NCBI GenBank assembly: GCA_945883435.1
Contig: CAMCXK010000002.1
Span: 4,051 to 68,050, forward strand
Direction of reading: 5' to 3'
Length of the DNA: 64,000 bases
Source: Chthoniobacter flavus
GTDB taxonomy: Bacteria > Verrucomicrobiota > Verrucomicrobiia > Chthoniobacterales > Terrimicrobiaceae
Below the pieces are notes generated by a model. It was not told where the DNA came from. It worked only from the letters and a program-made list of their open reading frames with translations, and did no database searches. Made by a program: the position numbers and the translations under genes. Positions 48,937 to 57,697 of this stretch are shown one piece after another. Numbering within the stretch: the first letter of the stretch is position 1; each line of letters opens with the position of its first letter.

Positions 48937-49593
48937 TCAGCGGGGCATCTCCAATTCCGCCTCCTCGACGGGGCCGACCGATCCGTTGAAAAACCATGCC
49001 AACCGGCGGGAGCCGTGGATTTTCGAGGCCGGGGTCTCGGCTTTCCACGCCGCGGCCCCGACGCGCGGATGTAACCGGTCGGCGTCCGAGAATCCCCAAG
49101 CTGCCGCCGGGACCTGTGCCATGCTCCGCGGGGGCAGCGGAGGCTGGGAGGTGAGCGATCCCCAGGGTTGAAAAGGTTCCGCGGCCGTGCCGGTGTTCAT
49201 GTTGAGAACAAAGGTGCGTGCGTTCGACAAAGCCACATTCCCCACCGCCCGGCGGTAGGCCGGAGGAACGAACAATGCGACGACCTGCGGCGTGGATGGA
49301 ACCGCAATGTCCAGATGGGAGGCAAGTTCACGCACCAGACGGCCCTCGCGCCCGGGATCGAGTTGTGGCATTTGGCCGGGCCAGAGGGGCCCCGGCAGCA
49401 TGCCTCCGTGATCGGCGGCATACAGCGAAATGCCCTGGCCAATCGTGCGCATGTTGGCCACTGCTGCCGTCCGGTCCCCGCCGGCACGAATTTTTTCGAA
49501 TATGGGAACCGCCACAGCAACCAGAAGCCCCAGCACCGCAATGGCCGCCAAAACCTCAAGCAGCGAAAATGCGCGCCGCTTAATTTGGCGCAT
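48937..49593 (-). CDS. Prepilin-type N-terminal cleavage/methylation domain protein, H-X9-DG-like family (here H-X9-NG)
   Basis: 218 aa from the ATG at 49591-49593. N-terminus MRQIKRRAFSLLEVLAAIAVLGLLVAVAVPIF (type IV pilin-like leader plus hydrophobic helix). C-terminal HGSRRLAWFFNGSV. The start lies 14 nt inside the upstream gene. Confidence 0.75.
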   Translation of the reverse strand: MRQIKRRAFSLLEVLAAIAVLGLLVAVAVPIFEKIRAGGDRTAAVANMRTIGQGISLYAADHGGMLPGPLWPGQMPQLDPGREGRLVRELASHLDIAVPSTPQVVALFVPPAYRRAVGNVALSNARTFVLNMNTGTAAEPFQPWGSLTSQPPLPPRSMAQVPAAAWGFSDADRLHPRVGAAAWKAETPASKIHGSRRLAWFFNGSVGPVEEAELEMPR

Positions 49594-50995
49594 CGGAAGC
49601 TGCGGGAACGAGGCGCACGATGCGCCCCGGATCGTTGAGCACGAGATAGACCAACCCATCGGGACCGCAGCGCACATCGCGGATGCGCCCGAACCCACTC
49701 AAGAGGGTTTCGCTCTCAACGACTTTTCCGTCTCTCACGCGCAAGCGGTGAAGTTCCCCGCGCAATCCTCCGGCAAGGAAGTCACCATTCCATTCTGCAA
49801 AGGCGTCCCCCGACATGCAGGCGAGCCCACAAGCCGCAATCGATGGGGTCCAGTGATGAAGCGGACTTTCCATTCCCTCTTTCTCAGTGAAGGCAGTGAA
49901 TGGCTTTCCACTATAATCCATGCCGAACGACACCAATGGCCAACCATAATTCGCCCCTGGCAGGATCCGATTGAACTCATCTCCCCCGCGTGGTCCATGC
50001 TCCGTTGCGTAAAGCGAGCGATCGCGGGGATCCAACGCGAGTCCCTGCGGGTTGCGGTGCCCGAGGGACCACAGACCGGGCATCGCGCGGGCATCGTTTT
50101 CGAAGGGATTTCCCGGCGGAATGGAACCATCGGCCCGCATCCTGTAGATCTTTCCTTGGGGACGCTGCGGATCCTGCACCGCCATTTGGTCTCCCCGCTC
50201 GCCCACGATAAAATAAAGCAGGTCTTCATCGAAGACCATACGGCTCCCGAAGTGCACTCCCGATCCGGAGTAGAAGGCAAGAGGCGCTTGAAAAATCACC
50301 TCCTCGTTGGCCCACTTGTTGTCGCGAATCTTCCCGCGCGCAATTTTCGTCATGGATTTTCCGGAGTCATCCTCCGCCGGATCGGACAGGGCCAAATAGA
50401 TCCACGGCTCCTTCCCGCCAGTCCACACTGCCACATCCAGCAAGCCGCCTTGCCCTTTCGCCAGCACCGGCGGTGTGCCTTGAACTGGTTCCGTCGACGT
50501 TTTCCAACACGCATCGAAAACCCGCACTCTTCCGGGCCGCTCGGTGACCAGGCGCCGTCCATCGGGAAGAAATGCCAACGCCCAAGGCATCTCCAATCCC
50601 GCCTCGACAACCGTCTCGATTCGGAAGGCCGCATGCCGCGACGGCACAATGCCTGACCGATCAGACCGGGCCGGTGGTGATGCGGATTTGCGCGCCTGTT
50701 TTTCTTTTTCCCGAAGAAAAACAACGAGGCCTTGGATTTCAACAGCCGAGAGGCTTTCCCCAAAAGCAGGCATTCCCCGCTCGGGGTGGCCCTCCGCGAT
50801 CGAACGGGCGATTTCGTCCGCACTTCCGCCGTGCATCCATCGCACCTCGTTGTCCTTGAAAAATCCGGCTCCGTGACAGGACTGACAATTCTCGCGATAG
50901 AGATCATCAACTTTTCGAACCGCTCGGGATGAGCTGTAGGCGTCGGATGTGGCAAGGAGCAGGACGCAGAAAACGAGGCTGAACAAAGGCTTCAT
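49580..50995 (-). CDS. Cytochrome c domain fused to a PQQ-dependent sugar dehydrogenase (soluble glucose/sorbosone dehydrogenase beta-propeller)
   Basis: 471 aa. Signal peptide MKPLFSLVFCVLLLATS, heme motif CQSCH (codons ~50873-50887) with GMPAF, then propeller motifs LYATEHGPRGGDEFNRILPGANYGWP. Confidence 0.85.
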   Translation of the reverse strand: MKPLFSLVFCVLLLATSDAYSSSRAVRKVDDLYRENCQSCHGAGFFKDNEVRWMHGGSADEIARSIAEGHPERGMPAFGESLSAVEIQGLVVFLREKEKQARKSASPPARSDRSGIVPSRHAAFRIETVVEAGLEMPWALAFLPDGRRLVTERPGRVRVFDACWKTSTEPVQGTPPVLAKGQGGLLDVAVWTGGKEPWIYLALSDPAEDDSGKSMTKIARGKIRDNKWANEEVIFQAPLAFYSGSGVHFGSRMVFDEDLLYFIVGERGDQMAVQDPQRPQGKIYRMRADGSIPPGNPFENDARAMPGLWSLGHRNPQGLALDPRDRSLYATEHGPRGGDEFNRILPGANYGWPLVSFGMDYSGKPFTAFTEKEGMESPLHHWTPSIAACGLACMSGDAFAEWNGDFLAGGLRGELHRLRVRDGKVVESETLLSGFGRIRDVRCGPDGLVYLVLNDPGRIVRLVPAASDAPN

Positions 50996-51006
50996 TGGAT
51001 TGGTGG

Positions 51007-52347
51007 TTAGTGGGGTCTTGATTCTTCGAAGATCGCGCGCCAGTGGTCCAGGCGTTCGCGAATGCGTTTTTCCATGCCGTTTCCGGTGGGCTCGTAAAAG
51101 CGGCGCCCCTCGGGAAGGTAGGCCTGGGGCACGTAGGAACCTTCGAAATCGTGGCTGTAAAGGTAGCCTTTTCCGTGCCCGAGACGCCCGGCGCCTGCAT
51201 AGTGGCTATCCCGGAGATGGGGCGGCACCGCCAGCGTGCGCCCCTCGCGCACATCAGCCGCGGCCCGCGAGATGGCCATCGTCGCGCTGTTGCTTTTCGG
51301 CGCGGTGGCCAGATGCAGGGTGGCGTGGGCGAGAATGAGTTCGGCTTCGGGAAGACCGATCCACTCGACTGCGGCGGCCGCGGACTGGGCCACGACGAGA
51401 GCCTGGGAATCCGCCAACCCGATGTCTTCGCTGGCACAAATGACCAGACGCCTCGCGATGAACCTCAATTCCTCGCCGGCGTGCAGCATTTTTGCCAACC
51501 AGTAAACCGCCGCATCGGGATCCGACCCGCGAATGCTTTTGATGAAGGCGCTGGCGGTGTCGTAGTGCGCATCGCCGGTTCCGTCGTAAACGACCGCCTT
51601 TTTTTGAATACTCTCGCGGGCGGCCTCCAAATCGATGCGAACGACCGCGTCGGCGGATGGCGGGGTGCTGAGCACGGCGATTTCAAGGGCATTGAGGGCT
51701 TTCCGGGCGTCGCCGTCGCAGAGTTCGGCCAGAAAATCCACGGCCTCATCCGCCACATCCAGGGGGATTTTCCCCAATCCCCGTTCCGGGTCCCGGATGG
51801 CGCGGTGCAACAGGTGCCTCAAATCGTCGCGCCCGAGCGGTTGCAATTGGAAAATCTGGGATCGCGAGACCAGGGCGCTGTTGATGCTGAAAAACGGATT
51901 CTCGGTCGTGGCTCCGATCAACCGGACGGCCCCGGTTTCGACTTCGGGCAACAACACATCCTGCTGGGCCCGGTTGAAGCGGTGGATTTCATCCACAAAC
52001 ACCACGGTTCGGCGTCCGCCCGAGGCGCGGCGAAGGGCGGCGGCTTTCAAGATGCGCCGCAACTCGCTTACCGATCCCTCCACCCCGCTGGCGCGCTCGA
52101 AGACGCAGTCGGTCGTGGCTGCGATGACGAGGGCCAGCGATGTTTTTCCGGTGCCGGGCGGTCCGTAAAAAATCAACGAGCCGAGGCGGTCGGCTTCGAT
52201 GGCGCGGCGCAGCAGCTTTCCCGGCCCGAGCAGGTGGAGTTGACCCGTGTATTCGTCCAGCGTGAGCGGCCTCATGCGGGCTGCCAATGGCGCGTCGTCC
52301 GGCACTGCCGGCACCTCCTGTGCGAAGAGATCATCCACCGGGGCCAT
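51007..52347 (-). CDS. rarA: Replication-associated recombination protein A (AAA+ ATPase)
   Basis: 446 aa. Walker A GPPGTGKTSLA, Walker B VVFVDEIHRFN, GATTENP, and the C-terminal MgsA domain (YDTASAFIKSIRGSDPDAAVYWLAKM). Confidence 0.92.
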   Translation of the reverse strand: MAPVDDLFAQEVPAVPDDAPLAARMRPLTLDEYTGQLHLLGPGKLLRRAIEADRLGSLIFYGPPGTGKTSLALVIAATTDCVFERASGVEGSVSELRRILKAAALRRASGGRRTVVFVDEIHRFNRAQQDVLLPEVETGAVRLIGATTENPFFSINSALVSRSQIFQLQPLGRDDLRHLLHRAIRDPERGLGKIPLDVADEAVDFLAELCDGDARKALNALEIAVLSTPPSADAVVRIDLEAARESIQKKAVVYDGTGDAHYDTASAFIKSIRGSDPDAAVYWLAKMLHAGEELRFIARRLVICASEDIGLADSQALVVAQSAAAAVEWIGLPEAELILAHATLHLATAPKSNSATMAISRAAADVREGRTLAVPPHLRDSHYAGAGRLGHGKGYLYSHDFEGSYVPQAYLPEGRRFYEPTGNGMEKRIRERLDHWRAIFEESRPH

Positions 52348-52452
52348 GGTGGTCTGGAGGGGATTCCCGCTCCAAGAAAAATCCCCGGTGGCGCGGCGAA
52401 TCCCACATCACGCTTGCCGAAGGCGGTTCCGATTCGCTTTGATGCGGTCCTC

Positions 52453-53601
52453 ATGTCCACCACGGAATCCGCTTATTCCCGCAAAAATCCATTTCCCGCC
52501 CCGCTGGCGGTCAACCGCAAACTCACCGCCGAGGGCTCGAACAAGGACACCCGCCATTTTGAAATTTCCCTGGCCGGATCCGGCCTGGCCTACGAGGTCG
52601 GCGATTCCCTCGGAGTTTTTCCTGCCAACAATCCCGGATTGGTGGACCTTGTTTTGAAGGAGCTCGGCTTCACGGGCGAGGAACAGGTGGCGACCGCGGA
52701 CGGCGCCCCGGCCTCAATGCGCGAGGCGCTTACCCGGAGCTACATCCTTACCGAGCCCTCGAAGCAACTGTTGCAGGCGGTTTCCGGGAAAGACTCCTCG
52801 GGCGCGTTTCTGGCCAACCTTCTTTTGCCCGAGGAGAAGGCCTCGCTCGAAAACTTCCTGTGGGGCCGCGACGTGCTGGATGTCCTTCAAGAATTCAGCG
52901 CCGCCCGCTTCACGCCGGAGGAGTTCGTGAAAGTCCTTCGCAAATTGCAGCCGCGTCTCTACTCGATCGCCTCGTCGCAAAAGGCCGCGGGCGAGTCGGT
53001 GCATCTCACGGTGGCTGTCGTTCGCTACAAGGTGGAGCACAGTTCCCGCCTGCGCGAGGGGGTTTGCTCGACCTATCTCGCCGAGCGCACCCCCTCGTCG
53101 GGAGTGCCGGTTTTTGTCCACACGGCAAAACATTTCCGCGTTCCCGAAAACCCCGATGTGCCGGTGATTATGGTCGGCCCCGGCACGGGTGTGGCCCCTT
53201 TCCGCGCCTTCATCCAGGAGCGCAAGGCCACCGGTGCGAAGGGACCAAGCTGGCTGTTTTTCGGAGACCAGAAATCGGCCACCGATTTTCTCTACCGCGA
53301 GGAATTCGAAACCGCGGCGGCCGAGGGTTCGCTCACGCGCCTGACCACGGCGTTCTCCCGCGACCAGGCCGAAAAAATCTACGTTCAACACCGCATGCTC
53401 GAGCACGGTGCGGACCTCTTTGACTGGCTGGAAAAGGGTGCCTTTTTCTATGTGTGCGGCGATGCCAAAAACATGGCCAAGGACGTCGATACCGCTCTTC
53501 ACACAGTCGTCGAGCGCCACGGGGGAAAAACCGCCGAGCAGGCGAAGGAATACGTGGACGCCCTGAAAAAAGACAAACGCTACCGGAAGGATGTTTATTA
53601 A
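52453..53601 (+). CDS. CysJ-like FAD/NADPH-binding oxidoreductase module (sulfite reductase flavoprotein C-terminal half, no flavodoxin domain)
   Basis: 382 aa from the ATG at 52453. RLYSIASS, GVCSTYL, MVGPGTGVAPFRAF, FYVCGDAKNMAKDV, terminal RYRKDVY. The 852-aa track ORF owes its 5' part to antisense of rarA. Confidence 0.85.
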   Translation: MSTTESAYSRKNPFPAPLAVNRKLTAEGSNKDTRHFEISLAGSGLAYEVGDSLGVFPANNPGLVDLVLKELGFTGEEQVATADGAPASMREALTRSYILTEPSKQLLQAVSGKDSSGAFLANLLLPEEKASLENFLWGRDVLDVLQEFSAARFTPEEFVKVLRKLQPRLYSIASSQKAAGESVHLTVAVVRYKVEHSSRLREGVCSTYLAERTPSSGVPVFVHTAKHFRVPENPDVPVIMVGPGTGVAPFRAFIQERKATGAKGPSWLFFGDQKSATDFLYREEFETAAAEGSLTRLTTAFSRDQAEKIYVQHRMLEHGADLFDWLEKGAFFYVCGDAKNMAKDVDTALHTVVERHGGKTAEQAKEYVDALKKDKRYRKDVY

Positions 53602-53715
53602 AACGCCCTCCCGCCTCCCTCTCGTTCTCGCCGGGTTGCTTCTCATGGCGCTGAAAATCGGTCTTCTCCTCGCCTGGGGCTCCCGCATCCGCCGACCCGC
53701 CGCACGCCTGAATTC

Positions 53716-55098
53716 TTGAACTCCGCCCCCCGCCACATCCATTTTCTGGGAATCTGCGGCACCGCGATGGGTTCGGTCGCCGCCGCGCTTCGCGACCAGG
53801 GATTCACCGTCACCGGGCAGGACGACAATGTTTACCCGCCCATGTCCACATTTCTGGAATCCCGGGGCATCGAGATCACCCGCGGCTTCCGCCCCGCCGA
53901 CATCCCGCCGGCCGACCTCGTGGTCATCGGAAACGCCATGTCGCGCGGCAATCCGGCGGTGGAGGCGGTCCTCAACAGCAGGCGTCTTTATCTGTCGCTT
54001 CCCGAGACCCTCCGCCACCATGTGCTGCGCGGGCGGCGAAATCTCGTCGTCACCGGCACCCACGGAAAAACCACGACGACCTCGCTGCTCGCTTGGATTT
54101 TCGAATCGGCGGGCCGTGCTCCGGGCTATCTGATCGGCGGCATTCCTGCCAACCTCGGCCAAGGTTCGAACCTCCGGGAATCCGAGTATTTCATCATCGA
54201 GGGCGACGAATACGACACGGCCTTCTTCGACAAGCGCTCGAAGTTCGTCCACTATCTTCCCGAACTCGTCATCGTGAACAACATCGAGTTCGACCACGCG
54301 GATATTTACAAGGACATCGAGGAAATCAAAACCAGCTTCCGGCGTCTTCTCCAGATCGTTCCCACCGGTGGAATCGTGCTGTTCAATGCCGACGATGCCA
54401 ACTGCCGCGAGGTCGCTTCCACCTGTCCCGCTCCCGCGGCGGGCGTGGGTTTCGGGGAATCGGCCGCCCACCGCATCGGAGGGGTTTTTTACGATCCCTC
54501 GGAAACCCGCTTCGCCCTGGACGGCGAGCCTTACCTCCTTCCGATGGCGGGCGAATTCAATGTGCGCAACGCGGCCATGGCGGTTGCCGCCGCCCGGTTC
54601 CACGGCCTCGCACCCGCCGTGATCCGCGACGCGCTGGCTTCTTTCCAAGGAATCCGCCGCCGCCAGGAAATTCGGGGCATCGTGAAGGGCATTACGGTCG
54701 TGGACGACTTCGGCCACCACCCGACCGCGATTCGGGAAACCCTCGCCGGATTGCGGAAAAAATTCCCCGGCGCGCGCCTTTGGGCTTTGTTCGAACCGCG
54801 ATCGAATACGACCCGCCGGGCGGTTTTTCAACACGACCTGCCGGCCGCATTTGCCGATGCCGACGGGGTTTTCCTGTCCCAAATCGCCCGGTTGGAGCAA
54901 TTGCCCGAGGCGGAGCGCCTTCAGCCCGCCCGTGTCATCGAAGACATCGCCGCCACCGGCAAGCCGGCCTTTTACGAACCCACGGCGGACGCCATCATCG
55001 AGCGGTTGCGCCCGCTTGTCCGCAACGGGGATGTCATCGTGGTCTTCAGCAACGGGGGATTCGACGGCATTCATCAAAAGCTTTTGGAGCGCCTTTGA
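53716..55098 (+). CDS. mpl: UDP-N-acetylmuramate:L-alanyl-gamma-D-glutamyl-meso-diaminopimelate ligase
   Basis: 460 aa. HIHFLGICGTAMGSVAAAL, VVTGTHGKTTTTSL, EGDEYDTAFFDKRSKF, DDFGHHPTAI. TTG start at 53716. Confidence 0.9.
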   Translation: MNSAPRHIHFLGICGTAMGSVAAALRDQGFTVTGQDDNVYPPMSTFLESRGIEITRGFRPADIPPADLVVIGNAMSRGNPAVEAVLNSRRLYLSLPETLRHHVLRGRRNLVVTGTHGKTTTTSLLAWIFESAGRAPGYLIGGIPANLGQGSNLRESEYFIIEGDEYDTAFFDKRSKFVHYLPELVIVNNIEFDHADIYKDIEEIKTSFRRLLQIVPTGGIVLFNADDANCREVASTCPAPAAGVGFGESAAHRIGGVFYDPSETRFALDGEPYLLPMAGEFNVRNAAMAVAAARFHGLAPAVIRDALASFQGIRRRQEIRGIVKGITVVDDFGHHPTAIRETLAGLRKKFPGARLWALFEPRSNTTRRAVFQHDLPAAFADADGVFLSQIARLEQLPEAERLQPARVIEDIAATGKPAFYEPTADAIIERLRPLVRNGDVIVVFSNGGFDGIHQKLLERL

Positions 55099-55264
55099 TC
55101 GATGACCACCCGTGATGTCCGCCGGTTGCTTCCTGCTTCTCCCACCTTTCCGCAACAAAGGCTTGACGCCGCGTGTCCCGATTGGAAAAACATGACCTTC
55201 ACACCAAGTCCGGCCTGCTGGCTCCAAGAGCGGCGCCCCGCCGGACCACAGCCCATTCTCTTCG

Positions 55265-56302
55265 ATGTTTGACAACCTTTTAGGCCTATTTTCCAGCGAC
55301 ATAGGGATCGATCTGGGGACCGCCAACACCCTCGTTTACGTGAAAGACCAAGGCATCGTCCTGCGCGAGCCTTCGGTCGTGGCGGTTCAGCAAGGCACCA
55401 ACCGTGTGCTCGCCGTCGGCAATGAAGCCAAACGCATGTTGGGCCGCACCCCCGGCAACATCGTGGCGATCCGTCCGCTCAAGGACGGGGTCATTGCGGA
55501 TTTCGAAATCACCGAGGCCATGCTGCGGCATTTCATCAGCAAGGTGCACAACCGCCGCCGGATGGTCCGCCCGCGCGTCGTGGTGGCTGTTCCCAGTGGA
55601 ATCACCGAGGTGGAAAAACGCGCCGTCAAGGACTCCGCCACCCACGCGGGAGCCCGCGAGGTCTATCTGATCGAGGAACCGATGGCGGCCGCCATCGGCG
55701 TCGGACTTCCCGTCCAAGACGCGGCGGGCAATATGATCGTGGATATCGGCGGAGGCACCACCGAGGTGGCCCTCATTTCACTTTCCGGGATCGTCTTCAG
55801 CCGCAGTGTTCGCGTGGCGGGTGACGAATTGGACGAGGCGATCACCAACTACATGAAGCGCGCTTACAACCTTATGATTGGCGAGCGCACGGCGGAGGAG
55901 ATCAAGATCAAGATCGGCTCGGCCTACAAGCTGGAGAAGGAAGTGGGACTCGAAGTGAAGGGCCGTGACATGGTGGCAGGCCTCCCGAAAACCATCTCCA
56001 TCTCCTCGCAGGAGATCCGCGAGGCCCTCATGGAGCCCCTTTCGACCATTGTGGATTCCGTGCGCATCACGCTCGAGCGCTGCCCGCCCGAGCTCTCCGC
56101 CGACCTCGTCGACCGGGGATTGGTGCTCGCCGGGGGAGGGGCTCTTCTCCGGGGTCTCGACCGCTTGATTGCCGAAGCCACCGGCCTCCCCGTCCACGTG
56201 GCCGAGGATCCACTCAGCGCTGTGGCAGAGGGCACCGGCCGCGCCCTCTCCGAACTCAAATTTCTCCGTGCCGTCTCGGCCGAACGTCCCAACGGCCGGT
56301 GA
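55265..56302 (+). CDS. mreB: Rod shape-determining actin homologue MreB
   Basis: 345 aa. [67 protein letters not shown]. Confidence 0.97.
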   Translation: MFDNLLGLFSSDIGIDLGTANTLVYVKDQGIVLREPSVVAVQQGTNRVLAVGNEAKRMLGRTPGNIVAIRPLKDGVIADFEITEAMLRHFISKVHNRRRMVRPRVVVAVPSGITEVEKRAVKDSATHAGAREVYLIEEPMAAAIGVGLPVQDAAGNMIVDIGGGTTEVALISLSGIVFSRSVRVAGDELDEAITNYMKRAYNLMIGERTAEEIKIKIGSAYKLEKEVGLEVKGRDMVAGLPKTISISSQEIREALMEPLSTIVDSVRITLERCPPELSADLVDRGLVLAGGGALLRGLDRLIAEATGLPVHVAEDPLSAVAEGTGRALSELKFLRAVSAERPNGR

Positions 56303-56336
56303 GCTTTTGCGACGCGGTTGACCGCATCCCGCCGAG

Positions 56337-57146
56337 ATGAACAAATTGCACATCGCCCTTGTGGTGGCGGCTGTGGCCTTGGGAATCTACGTCTCCACAA
56401 TTCCCGCCGGCTCGATGCAGGCCCTCCAGTCGGGTTTTCTCGGAGTCCTTTCCCCGTTTTTAAAAACCGGAAGTGCAGTGCAGGAAAACCTCGGCACCGT
56501 GGGCAAGCGCTTGAAAACCCTCGATGAGCTGGAGGTCGAAAACGACCGCTTGGCCCGTGAAAACAGGGAACTCCGGACCACCAACAACCTGCTCAACGAT
56601 CTGAAAGTCGAGAACGACCGGCTGCGCCTTGCACTGGACTTCCGGGAACGCTCCTCGTTCCGTCTCACTCCCGCCCATATCATCGGCCGCGATGCTTCGA
56701 CCTGGTGGAATACCATCCGCATCAACCGGGGGTTTGAGGATGGCGTCGAGGCCGACATGCCGGTCCTGACCGACCAGGGTGTGGTGGGCAAAACCACCAC
56801 GGTTTCAAAAAACGAAGCGATTGTGGTGCTTGTGACCGATGAAACCTGCCGCATCGCCTCCCGCATCGAAGGCACCCGCGAGCAAGGCATCCTCACCGGA
56901 CAGCGGGTGCAAAAAAATGCCACTGACGCCGTGCTTCAAATGAACTTTCTTTCAAAAAACGCCCGGATCGAACCTGGCCAGTTGGTGGTGACCGCCGGGG
57001 TTGCCCAAGGATCGTTTCCCGCCGGGATTCCGATTGGCAAGGTGACCGAATTCAAGTTGCGTGCCCTTGACGGCCAAGCGCTCGTCGAACCACTCGTGCC
57101 CCTGGCCTCGATCGAGGACGTTTTTGTTCTCACCGGAGCAAAATGA
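56337..57146 (+). CDS. mreC: Rod shape-determining protein MreC
   Basis: 269 aa. N-terminal TM, coiled-coil (LENENDRLARENRELR-type), and a C-terminal beta-barrel domain with GVVGKT and GIPIGKV. Positioned after mreB. Confidence 0.9.
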   Translation: MNKLHIALVVAAVALGIYVSTIPAGSMQALQSGFLGVLSPFLKTGSAVQENLGTVGKRLKTLDELEVENDRLARENRELRTTNNLLNDLKVENDRLRLALDFRERSSFRLTPAHIIGRDASTWWNTIRINRGFEDGVEADMPVLTDQGVVGKTTTVSKNEAIVVLVTDETCRIASRIEGTREQGILTGQRVQKNATDAVLQMNFLSKNARIEPGQLVVTAGVAQGSFPAGIPIGKVTEFKLRALDGQALVEPLVPLASIEDVFVLTGAK

Positions 57147-57697
57147 CCAAGACACTGATCGACCTGTCGGCACTTTTTCTCGGGGTGGTTCTGGCCATCA
57201 TTGTGCAAGACGCCTTGCCGCCGATGACCGATTTTCACGGAGCCCGCATTCTTCTTGTTCCGCTGCTCTTTTGTTATGCGGCGATTGTTCTGCCATTTCC
57301 GGCCATGCTGGTGGCCGCCCTTTACACCGGATTTTTATGCGATTTGGTTTATCTTCACGTGGTCGCGGGGAAGGTTGAAATCCCCGCCGGCGCGTCTATG
57401 GTGTTCTTCGTGATCTTGGGATGTCTTGCCAGCGGGTTCGAACCGGCGATGAAAAGCCGGAATCTCTGGCCCTTCGCGCTCTTGAGTGGCGCGGGCACGT
57501 CCTTTTTCCTGCTTTTGCAATTTCTTGCCATCACCTGGCACCGTGGCGGACTTTTTTGGGATGACACGGTGACCTGGAGAATCTTTGCGCCCGGCCTCAT
57601 GGCAGCGCTCCTCGCCCCATTGTTCCACTGGACATTGTCGCAAATGGACCGCTTGATTCCGGACGGCTCGCGCAAACTCCGAGCCGCCCCGCGATGA
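57143..57697 (+). CDS. mreD: Rod shape-determining protein MreD (by position and topology)
   Basis: 184 aa with ~5 TM helices. ATGA overlap with mreC at its start and with mrdA at its end. Sequence motifs are weak, so the call rests on synteny. Confidence 0.7.
   Translation: MTKTLIDLSALFLGVVLAIIVQDALPPMTDFHGARILLVPLLFCYAAIVLPFPAMLVAALYTGFLCDLVYLHVVAGKVEIPAGASMVFFVILGCLASGFEPAMKSRNLWPFALLSGAGTSFFLLLQFLAITWHRGGLFWDDTVTWRIFAPGLMAALLAPLFHWTLSQMDRLIPDGSRKLRAAPR

Noticed and set aside
51043-52452. 5' two-thirds of the 852-aa + strand ORF that ends as the cysJ-like gene
   Set aside because: The region 51043-52347 is the codon-aligned antisense of rarA. Recognisable CysJ-type sequence begins only at the ATG at 52453 (MSTTESAYSRKNPF). 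No flavodoxin-like motifs are found upstream.
53645-53719. 24-codon ORF (MALKIGLLLAWGSRIRRPAARLNS) in the cysJ-like/mpl spacer, whose TGA overlaps the mpl TTG start
   Set aside because: It is too short, has no SD or conservation evidence, and is plausibly chance in GC-rich DNA. It could be a leader peptide but cannot be supported from sequence alone.
52714-55329. 871-aa minus-strand ORF spanning the cysJ-like gene, the spacer and mpl
   Set aside because: Its triplets are in register with both + strand genes: (55327-53716) and (55327-52453) are both divisible by 3. It crosses an intergenic spacer, and its composition is shadow-ORF-like (G/R/A/V/D rich).
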